This document shows positions 19,177 through 26,500 of a stretch of 64,000 nucleotides of DNA, piece after piece. This stretch comes from a virus. The notes under the pieces were generated by a model that was not told where the DNA came from, did not search any database, and worked only from the letters and a program-made list of their open reading frames with translations. The stretch lies in the IMG/VR virus record IMGVR_UViG_3300036851_000411, positions 1-64,000 of that record, one strand, 5' to 3'. Numbering within the stretch: position 1 is the stretch's first letter; each line of letters starts with the position of its first letter. The translations under genes were made by a program, and so were the position numbers.

Positions 19177-19396
19177 GAATCGAGCCGATGGAGTGCGCTG
19201 GCGGGTCCGCCGTCGTCGTGCATGCCGCCGACGGCGAGCCAGCGCTCCTCATCGCCGAGCGCGATGGATTGCTCATGTGGATGGAGGTGCGGCGCGGCTA
19301 TCGTCGGAGCGCCCACAGTCGACGCGCGGGGCTCGCGAGCGCGGCGGCGAAACGGAACCGCGCCAACCCCGACGCTGTGGCGACCTTGCCAACCCC

Positions 19397-19870
19397 ATGA
19401 CACCGCGTAGAATGCCCGCGGTGCCCCGCAAGCCACTCGGCCCCAAGCCCAAGTTCCCGAAGCAGAACCTCGGTGCGCGCGACGCGCAGATCAGCGTGCG
19501 ACGTGCGAACCTTCACGAGCCACTGCTCGCCCGCGAGCGCACGGGGCTCAAGCCGGTCGACATCATCCGGCGCGACCTCCTCCGCTTCTGGACGGCGGCC
19601 GACGACAGCGCCTCCCGGCTCGCCCTCTCACGCGAGGATCTCGAGAAGATCGGCAAGGCGATTGCGGGGGTGGCGTTCGACGATCCGAAGCACGCGCGCA
19701 TGCTGCCGGCGTTCGTGGCGGCGGAGCTCGGCGACGATGACCCAATCGTCGATCGACTCAAGGGCGCGGGAAGCGGGGCATGGCCGCTCGCGGTCCTGTA
19801 CGGCGTGATCGATGCAGCCGATCGCGCGTGGAACAATGGCATGGCGAGAGATGAGAAGGGCGATGCCTGA
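19397..19870 (+). CDS. Putative ribbon-helix-helix-like regulator
   Basis: Basic N-terminus, then QISVR strand followed by two predicted helices (LHEPLLAR..., PVDIIRRDLLRF). Confidence 0.4.
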   Translation: MTPRRMPAVPRKPLGPKPKFPKQNLGARDAQISVRRANLHEPLLARERTGLKPVDIIRRDLLRFWTAADDSASRLALSREDLEKIGKAIAGVAFDDPKHARMLPAFVAAELGDDDPIVDRLKGAGSGAWPLAVLYGVIDAADRAWNNGMARDEKGDA

Positions 19871-20195
19871 CGATCGCGATGAAGAGCGCCGTCACCTCCG
19901 GCTCGAAAAGTCTGACGCCCGCGACGAGACCGAGCCGCGTCCAATTCGCGAACGGCCGCCGATCGTGACCATTGATCCGGCGACACTGCGCGGGTACTCG
20001 GAGATGCGTGCGATCGGGCTCAGGGTCACGCAGGCCGCGGAGCCCGGCGGTGGTCACGGTTGGGTCGGATGGGTCGCAACGTGCGATGCATTTCCGGGTC
20101 TGGAAGGTCTCGGTGATATGCCGGACTACGCAATCGGCTCGCTCCTCTCCAAAGTGATCGATCGGTACCACGCGCTGGAGAATGAGCGTGGCTGA
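19863..20195 (+). CDS. Hypothetical protein (weak HicB-like fold)
   Basis: GWVATCDAFPGLEGLGD resembles a HicB N-terminal domain. Confidence 0.4.
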   Translation: MPDDRDEERRHLRLEKSDARDETEPRPIRERPPIVTIDPATLRGYSEMRAIGLRVTQAAEPGGGHGWVGWVATCDAFPGLEGLGDMPDYAIGSLLSKVIDRYHALENERG

Positions 20196-20541
20196 GACCG
20201 TGGTGCCCAACGACCAACCGAGCCGCGATCTCGACTTCGCCGTCGCTCGCGCGATGGGCATCGAGCTGCAGCAGCTGCCGGGCGAAAGCGAGCCGAGTGT
20301 CGTCGAGCGAACGGTCGCGGGTGCGGTGCGTTCGCTGGCGCGTGTTCGCGGCTACTCCGGAGACGAGCGCTATCTCGGGGATCTCCTGCGGTTCCTGGTG
20401 AACAAGGGATGGACGTTCTCGTTCGGTCGCGAGCTCGACGGATGGCACGCGGCCATCCCGCTCGTTCAGGTCCGGATGCGCGGCGATTCGCTATCGGTGC
20501 TGCTCTGCGCCGTGATCGTCGCCGTGACCGAAGCGCGATGA
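20182..20541 (+). CDS. Hypothetical phage protein
   Basis: SRDLDFAVARAMG...YS pattern common in phage early proteins. Confidence 0.55.
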   Translation: MSVAETVVPNDQPSRDLDFAVARAMGIELQQLPGESEPSVVERTVAGAVRSLARVRGYSGDERYLGDLLRFLVNKGWTFSFGRELDGWHAAIPLVQVRMRGDSLSVLLCAVIVAVTEAR

Positions 20542-20786
20542 CGATGGCCCCGCGGCTCTCGCCCGAGATGCACGCTCGGATCATCGCCGAATTGCGACGG
20601 CGGCTCCAGAGCGCGATCGAGCGAGCGGCGCGCGAGGGGTGCGACACGCCGGTGATCCACATGAGCGCCGAGCGGCGATGTGGCGCGGTGGGCGTCGACG
20701 AGGAAGGGCATTGCCTGCGGTGCGGCCTCGTGCCTCCCGAAGAGGACACCGAGACCGAGTGCCCACCGGGCTTCTTCGACAGTTAG
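20538..20786 (+). CDS. Small Cys-rich protein
   Basis: ATGA coupling; HCLRCG...ECPPGF. Confidence 0.5.
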   Translation: MTMAPRLSPEMHARIIAELRRRLQSAIERAAREGCDTPVIHMSAERRCGAVGVDEEGHCLRCGLVPPEEDTETECPPGFFDS

Positions 20787-20918
20787 AAGGCTGTGCGGCA
20801 ACGCTCAGACGGCTGTGCGGCGACGGAACGGCAGCGCCACGAGTCAGAGCCGGCATGTACGGGCAATGCCAAGCCGTACAAGGCGTTACGCGAGGTGTGG
20901 TGTCACACGCTCGTACAC

Positions 20919-20986
20919 TGTTGCAACACGTGTTGCACACAATGTTGCACAAAGTGATGTGAAACATATTTCACATGCATGCAACA
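20919..20986. repeat. TGTTGCA repeats and palindromes
   Basis: TGTTGCA at 20919, 20931 and 20943 (12-bp period), inverted copy at 20980; palindromes TGCAACACGTGTTGCA and ATGTGAAA-N4-TTTCACAT. Confidence 0.8.
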
Positions 20987-20997
20987 CCGTGTATAAT
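20969..20997 (+). promoter_or_regulatory. sigma70-like promoter antisense to the phage tRNA
   Basis: TTTCAC-17-TATAAT. Confidence 0.5.
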
Positions 20998-21038
20998 CAA
21001 CGGTGGGTGGCGGCCGAATCATTCAGTCGTCACTCGGA

Positions 21039-21133
21039 AGGAGCGTGGGGGATTCGAACCCTCGGCCCGGTGCGCTAACACCGGACGCCTCATTGATAGT
21101 GAGGTGCTTTCAGCCAGACTCAGCCAACGCTCC
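21039..21133 (-). tRNA. Type II (Ser-like body) tRNA with AUC anticodon
   Basis: GGAGCGT/ACGCTCC acceptor; D arm GCTGAGTCTGGCTGAAAGC; CCTCA-CTATCAA-TGAGG anticodon arm; 8-bp variable stem; GAGGG-TTCGAAT-CCCCC T arm. Confidence 0.85.
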
Positions 21134-21243
21134 GCCTTCAGGAACTCGGGCCGGTCGAGGGATCACTCCTTCGGCCGGTTCGTGCATCTACCACCGTCGC
21201 TCACGAACATTTGAAGGGCTGGGCGACAGGTGGCGGCACAAGC

Positions 21244-21272
21244 ATGCTAATACATAGTGTGGATCTTCGCAA
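21244..21272 (-). promoter_or_regulatory. sigma70-like promoter for the phage tRNA
   Basis: TTGCGA-17-TAGCAT on the minus strand, about 110 nt upstream of the tRNA. Confidence 0.5.
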
Positions 21273-21492
21273 AGCGTACAAATGAACGGGTGACAAACCT
21301 AACCGTCATGAATGCAACGTGTTACAACCCATTCACCGGCCGGCGCTAGAAGTCGTTGTCACGCGTTGGGTTGTTTCATCTCGCCACCCCAGTATAGGTG
21401 CCGCCGCAAGCGCGCGGTATTGACGCTAGCGTCAGATAGATAGACTACTGGTGCGACGACGAGCCGCTTCTCTGAAGAAGTGGGCTTAGGCG

Positions 21493-21518
21493 TTATCCAC
21501 ATTGTTTCACGTGAAACG
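21493..21518. promoter_or_regulatory. DnaA box plus parS
   Basis: TTATCCACA (21493-21501), then TGTTTCACGTGAAACG (21503-21518; 15/16 match to the parS consensus). Confidence 0.75.
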
Positions 21519-21552
21519 TTCATAACTCCACGCTGGAGACCCGGCGGATCTA

Positions 21553-21581
21553 TTGCGGATTATGCTTTAATCACATAATCT
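21553..21581 (+). promoter_or_regulatory. Class I promoter/operator upstream of the packaging operon
   Basis: TTGCGG-17-TAATCT enclosing TATGCTTTAATCACATA. Confidence 0.65.
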
Positions 21582-21721
21582 GAGCGCGCACCTGGCGACC
21601 GCCACGGTGCGCGCGCTGCGTTCGGGCACCTCGCCGAGGCAGTGCGCTCCGGACACGACGCCCCCGGCTCCCACGAGTGCGGGGGCGTCGATGGCCTCTA
21701 CTCGGTCTGGTGGAGCGGCGC

Positions 21722-22408
21722 GTGCCACGGCGACATCCTGCACCTCGTCCTATCCGACGAAGCCAGCGAGCGAAGCGCACGGCGCTCGATGCGATACGAC
21801 GCAGGCCTGCCGTTCCGCTGGAGCTCTGCGAGGCGGGTGGGAGTGAGTTTGCCCCGGCGCTCGATGTGGCCACGTGGCTCCGCGACACGTTCGTCACCGA
21901 AGGCTCGCCGCTCTACAACGAGGACCACAAGCACCTCGCCTTCGCGGCGATCGGCGTGCTGTGGACCAACGTTGCGAACTCAGGGCAGCAGCGCACGGTG
22001 CTCGCGACCGCGGAGATGCCGACGCCCAAGGGTGCGCGGTGGACGATCGCGCGCGCCAAGTATCAGCTGGCGCAATGGTTCGGCGACGTGCCGGACTTCG
22101 TCATCACGCTGTCGGCGCCGCTCCTCTCGGACGTGGATGACGCAACGTTCTGTGCGGTCCTCGAGCACGAGCTCTATCACTGCAGCCAGGCGCGGAATGA
22201 GTTCGGCGCGCCGAAGTGGCATCTCGATGGCTCGCCGGTCTTCGGGATCCGTGGTCACGATGTCGAGGAGTTCGTGTCGATCGTCGCGCGCTACGGTGCT
22301 GGAGCGACGCGGGTCGGTGCCCTCGTCCAGGCCGCCCAGCAACGACCGCTCGTCCAGGCGGCATCGATCGTTGGTGCCTGCGGGACGTGCATCGCGAGGG
22401 CCGCATGA
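21722..22408 (+). CDS. Putative phage metallopeptidase
   Basis: WFGDVPDFVITL, HELYHC (HExxH), GHDVEEF; GTG start with GGAG RBS. Confidence 0.8.
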   Translation: MPRRHPAPRPIRRSQRAKRTALDAIRRRPAVPLELCEAGGSEFAPALDVATWLRDTFVTEGSPLYNEDHKHLAFAAIGVLWTNVANSGQQRTVLATAEMPTPKGARWTIARAKYQLAQWFGDVPDFVITLSAPLLSDVDDATFCAVLEHELYHCSQARNEFGAPKWHLDGSPVFGIRGHDVEEFVSIVARYGAGATRVGALVQAAQQRPLVQAASIVGACGTCIARAA

Positions 22409-22609
22409 GGCGTCGGTCACCCGAGGAGTCGCTCGACCGGGCCTTGAAGTGGTTGATCGCCGCGTTGGTGGTCAACGCTGTCGCAGCGGTCGTTAAAGCG
22501 GTGATCGCGGTGGGCGTCCTGTTCGGCTGGTGGGGCCGATGAGGCCCTGCCGTGCTGGCATCTCCACGCTGCCGCTGCGGCGTGACCTGGGCGCGACGGG
22601 CCGCGGCTG

Positions 22610-23167
22610 ATGGCGACACTCGTGGACGAAGTCAAAGCCTTCATCGTGCAGCGACTTGCGTGTTGGGATAGCCCGAAGCAGGTCGCCGCGGCCGTCACCG
22701 AAGAATTCCGCATCAAGATGGACCGGCGTCAGGTCGAGAAGTACGACGCCACTCGGGCGGGGAAGAAGCCGGCGAAGAAGTGGGTCGCACTGTTCACGGC
22801 GACTCGCAACCGATTCGAGGACACGATCGACGAGATCCCCGCGGCGAAGAAGGCGGTCCGCGTTCGCCGGCTCGATCGCATGGCGCTCAAGGCGGAAGAG
22901 TCGGGGAACTTCCCGCTCGCGAAGGAGCTCCTCGAGACGGTCGCGAAGGAGGTTGGCGGGGCGTTCACCAACCGGCGCGAGCTGACGGGCGCTGGTGGCG
23001 GACCAATTCAGGCGAAGGTCGATGGCGTGTTGTCGGCCGAGGAGATGGCGGCGCGGCTTCGCACGCTGCTCGATCGCACGACCGCGGTGGTGCACTCGGC
23101 GCCGGCCGTGGTCGCGCCACCCATCGCCCAACCTCCATCGATTCCTCCAGCGGCGGTGTCGCCATGA
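22610..23167 (+). CDS. Terminase small subunit (DUF2280-like)
   Basis: VKAFIVQRLAC.DSP.QVA.AV.EEF...KEVGGAFTNRRELTGAGGGPIQ. Confidence 0.8.
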   Translation: MATLVDEVKAFIVQRLACWDSPKQVAAAVTEEFRIKMDRRQVEKYDATRAGKKPAKKWVALFTATRNRFEDTIDEIPAAKKAVRVRRLDRMALKAEESGNFPLAKELLETVAKEVGGAFTNRRELTGAGGGPIQAKVDGVLSAEEMAARLRTLLDRTTAVVHSAPAVVAPPIAQPPSIPPAAVSP

Positions 23168-23173
23168 CCCGCG

Positions 23174-23821
23174 ATGCGAGGCGTTGACGTATGCGCACTT
23201 CGCTGCGAAGGGCCGATCGCCGGCCGGTTCGCCGGCTTCGACTGGTGTGCTGCTCACCTCGACCGCGTCCGCGCCATCGCGGCCGACGCTGGAGTTATTG
23301 AGATGCCGGAGATCCGCGTGCCCATCGAGCGCGTGTACCAGATGAAGCCGTGCGAGAAGTGCGAGCGGCTCTTTCAGCCGAGTGGGCCGCGGTCGACCGA
23401 GTGTAAGCGCGAGAACTGCGCGTCGGCTACTGCAGCCCTGCACGCGGCGATCGAGCGCAACACGAGCAGCAACGGCGAGACGCCAACCATCACGGAGGAT
23501 CTGCCGGATGCGCCCAAGCCAAAACGGAAGCGACCCGCGGCAAAGGCGAAGGCTGCGCGATCGGTGAGGCGACCGGTGAAACGGTCGGTGAAGCGAACGA
23601 AGGTTGTCGTTAGGCCGCGCCGCGCTAAGCCGTCGATCGGTCTGACGAGCGTGGGCCCCGTGCTCGGTCTCATCGAGCAGTTCGGGCTGGACTACTATCT
23701 CGGCACGGCGGTGTGTCGCGTCCTCGAGAGGGATGACGGCGACGAGATCGAGAACCTCATGGACGCGCGGTTCTACCTCGACCGCGCGATCGAGCTGCGC
23801 CAAGCGGAAGCGAACGCGTGA
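23174..23821 (+). CDS. Hypothetical protein with a degenerate DUF3310-like C-terminus
   Basis: CxxC pair, basic linker, GLDYYLGTAV...ENLMDARFYLDRAI. Confidence 0.55.
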   Translation: MRGVDVCALRCEGPIAGRFAGFDWCAAHLDRVRAIAADAGVIEMPEIRVPIERVYQMKPCEKCERLFQPSGPRSTECKRENCASATAALHAAIERNTSSNGETPTITEDLPDAPKPKRKRPAAKAKAARSVRRPVKRSVKRTKVVVRPRRAKPSIGLTSVGPVLGLIEQFGLDYYLGTAVCRVLERDDGDEIENLMDARFYLDRAIELRQAEANA

Positions 23822-24014
23822 AGCCATCCATCGGCACCGCGGGGGATCACCCGCCCGGCTCACACGCGGCGAAGCGGCAGGGATGCACGTGCCCGATGCC
23901 GGAGAACCAATACGGGCACGGGACGCGGCCGACGTACCTGTCACGGCCAGAGCAGGCGGTGTTCGTCGTCGCGCCCGACTGCCCGATCACCGCGCATCAG
24001 GAACTGGCGACCCG

Positions 24015-24575
24015 ATGAGCGTCGATCCCAACGACCACATGGGCCTCCTCTACTGGGAAGCGGCGCAGATGGCGCGCACCTACGGGCGGCCAGTGTCGGA
24101 GCTCGTGGGCTCGGGCTATCTCGGCCTCGCGCGCGCGGCGCGGCGGTTCGATCCGTCGTTAGGCCTCGCGTTCGCGACGTTCGCCGTCCCGCACATCCGC
24201 GGCGCGATCCTCGACGGGCTTCGTGCTGAGCAGCCGAGAGGGAAGCGCTACGGCCGTCGTGCGCACATCTCCCTCGAGTCGCTCCTGACGTTGCCGCCGG
24301 CCGCGATGCCTCCGCGCCTCGCCGACGCACTGACGACGAACCCCGACTATGGGGCAGCGGTGGACCGTGAGCGGCGCGCCTCACGCGTGCGCCGCGCCGT
24401 CGACGCGCTCAAGCCCCGACCACGCGCAGCGATCCATGCGCATTTCTGGGGCGATGGGCCGTCGGCGCTCGCGGCGCGCTGGGGATGCACGATCGCCAAC
24501 ATCTCACACATGAAGCGCCGGGCGCTTGCGCGCCTCGCCCGCATGCTGGCGCCGCTCGCGCCGGAGGGTGCCTAA
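24015..24575 (+). CDS. sigma70-family (FliA/SigF-like) RNA polymerase sigma factor
   Basis: Region 2 ELVGSGYLGLARAARRFDPSLGLAFATFAVPHIRGAILDGLR; region 4 LAARWGCTIANISHMKRRALARL. Confidence 0.85.
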   Translation: MSVDPNDHMGLLYWEAAQMARTYGRPVSELVGSGYLGLARAARRFDPSLGLAFATFAVPHIRGAILDGLRAEQPRGKRYGRRAHISLESLLTLPPAAMPPRLADALTTNPDYGAAVDRERRASRVRRAVDALKPRPRAAIHAHFWGDGPSALAARWGCTIANISHMKRRALARLARMLAPLAPEGA

Positions 24576-24578
24576 ACC

Positions 24579-24980
24579 ATGCACGACAGCATGCACGACG
24601 CTGACGACCGTTTTACGAAACCGTTCGGGCACGTGCCGCTGCCCCTGCGCTCGCCCGATCAGGCGCGCACGGTCGTGATCCGCAACCTTGGAGGCACGCC
24701 GCTCGCCCCGCTCCAGAGCATCGCGATCGACGGGCGGGAGCTTCACGGTGTGCACGACGTGCGGGTCCACATCACGCACGATCGTCGGCCCCGCGTCGAG
24801 CTCCGCACGTGGTGGGCGATCGACATGGACGCGCTCGTCGGCCTCGGTGTCGTCGCCGTGCACGAGGAGGGCGAGACGTACCGGAGGGGCCGCATCCGGT
24901 GGGTGACCGCGTTCGCGTGGGGCACGTTCGTTGGTTCGATGGCGATGTGGACGGTGCTCAGCCTAACGGGGCGGCTGTGA
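24579..24980 (+). CDS. Hypothetical protein with a C-terminal TM helix
   Basis: GGAGG RBS; hydrophobic tail. Confidence 0.55.
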   Translation: MHDSMHDADDRFTKPFGHVPLPLRSPDQARTVVIRNLGGTPLAPLQSIAIDGRELHGVHDVRVHITHDRRPRVELRTWWAIDMDALVGLGVVAVHEEGETYRRGRIRWVTAFAWGTFVGSMAMWTVLSLTGRL

Positions 24981-25423
24981 TCAACCACGACGAAGCGAGC
25001 GAGCCGGTCGGGCCCGCGGTCGCAATCAACCCAGGCGATCTCTTCGAAGCGCTGACGCCGATTCCGCGCTACGGCTGGATCGGCGTCGACCTCGATGGGA
25101 CGCTGGCCAAGCACCCTCGCGGTCCGTTCGAACCGACGGAGATCGGGGCCCCGATTCCTCGCATGGTCGAGCGCGTGCAGCTCGCGATCACGCGCGGGTA
25201 CACCGTGAAGATTGTCACCGCGCGCATGTGCGAACAGGACGACGACACCCGGCGCGCGGTACAACAGGCGATCGGCGACTGGACGGGCGAGCACATCGGG
25301 CAGCGCCTCATCGCCGTGTTCTACAAAGACTATTCGATGTTGGAGCTGTGGGACGATCGCGCGGTGCAGGTGATCTGCGACACGGGCGAGTTCGTCGGAC
25401 AATCGGCGTTAGGTATCGACTGA
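24977..25423 (+). CDS. HAD-superfamily phosphatase
   Basis: WIGVDLDGTLA, IVTAR, K and WDDRA motifs. Confidence 0.8.
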   Translation: MINHDEASEPVGPAVAINPGDLFEALTPIPRYGWIGVDLDGTLAKHPRGPFEPTEIGAPIPRMVERVQLAITRGYTVKIVTARMCEQDDDTRRAVQQAIGDWTGEHIGQRLIAVFYKDYSMLELWDDRAVQVICDTGEFVGQSALGID

Positions 25424-25436
25424 TGAGGGGGGCGCA

Positions 25437-25931
25437 ATGAGCGAGACGAACGCGGCAGCGGTCAATCTGCCAAAGTGGATCCCGACACAGGTAGCCACCG
25501 CCTGCGCCGATGGGATGGTGGCCGAACCCTCCATCGTGCACGAGTGGTGTCCTGGCCTCGCCGTCACGATGCATGACTTCGGAATCTTTCGCGTCACACA
25601 CATCGCGTCAGGCATGGCGCTGGGCGGCCGATACGAGCGCGTTGGGAGTGCGTGTCGCGAGCTCGCTGAATGGGCGGCGGTGGGACGGGCGATCGGAATG
25701 GCGTTCGCGCTGGCCGATGCCGTGGTGGTGCGCGACACCTTGATGGCCCACCTCGACGATGCGGTCCCGTTCCCCGGAGCGACCACGACCGAGAAGGGTG
25801 TCACGCGCCCGTCGACCGTCCGTGAGTGGTACCAGCTCATCCGGACATCGGACTTGGTCGATGAATTTCCATGGGAGTCTGAGTCGCCTATGGATCGGTG
25901 CGACGAGTTGCTCAAGACGCTCGCCCCGTGA
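25437..25931 (+). CDS. Hypothetical protein
   Basis: GAGGGG RBS; in operon. Confidence 0.55.
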   Translation: MSETNAAAVNLPKWIPTQVATACADGMVAEPSIVHEWCPGLAVTMHDFGIFRVTHIASGMALGGRYERVGSACRELAEWAAVGRAIGMAFALADAVVVRDTLMAHLDDAVPFPGATTTEKGVTRPSTVREWYQLIRTSDLVDEFPWESESPMDRCDELLKTLAP

Positions 25932-26170
25932 CGATCGCCGACAAGCTCGCGACCATACCGCTTCTGAGAGGCGAGGGGAGGCGTAGACGCGTTGACCGCC
26001 TTCGCGGCGAGGCCACGCTCGCATCTCTGGATTACACCGTGCACGTCATGCGGGAGCGAAAGAAGTGGCTGTTCGCGTGGGCCACCTCACGACGCGCGTT
26101 CCCGCGGCTGCACGAGCGCCGCCGATGAAACCGTGTCCGCAGTGACGCAAAGCTCGCGAGCTCGCGAAGC

Positions 26171-26488
26171 ATGAAAAAGCGGCCACCCGTTAGGCGGCTG
26201 ATGACCGATGAGGAGCGGCGGATGGCGCTGGCCATCGCGCCGCCGCACGTCACGTACGTCCCGGGCATCGGCACGAAGCGCTTCGCGCGCGAGATCGCGC
26301 AGGAAGCCGAGCGCGCGGACGCGGAGATCACCGAGGGGCAGGCGAGCTACCTGCGCGAGGTGGTCGTACGGTTCCGACGCCAGATACCACGCGAGGTCGT
26401 CACACTCGCGCTTGACGGCCGTGTCGTGCCCCTCTATGCCGACCACGGCGCGTCGAACGCCGACGTGCCGCGCGACCGCCGCGCCTAA
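26171..26488 (+). CDS. Hypothetical protein
   Basis: ORF directly upstream of the large terminase gene. Confidence 0.55.
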   Translation: MKKRPPVRRLMTDEERRMALAIAPPHVTYVPGIGTKRFAREIAQEAERADAEITEGQASYLREVVVRFRRQIPREVVTLALDGRVVPLYADHGASNADVPRDRRA

Positions 26489-26500
26489 CGGCGCCGCCCC

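Noticed and set aside
21039-21133. tRNA-Sec (UCA) or amber suppressor (CUA) reading of the loop CTATCAA
   Set aside because: The 5-bp stem and 7-nt loop place ATC at positions 34-36; the acceptor is 7 bp and the D stem is short, unlike tRNA-Sec. Phage ORFs show no sign of stop-codon recoding.
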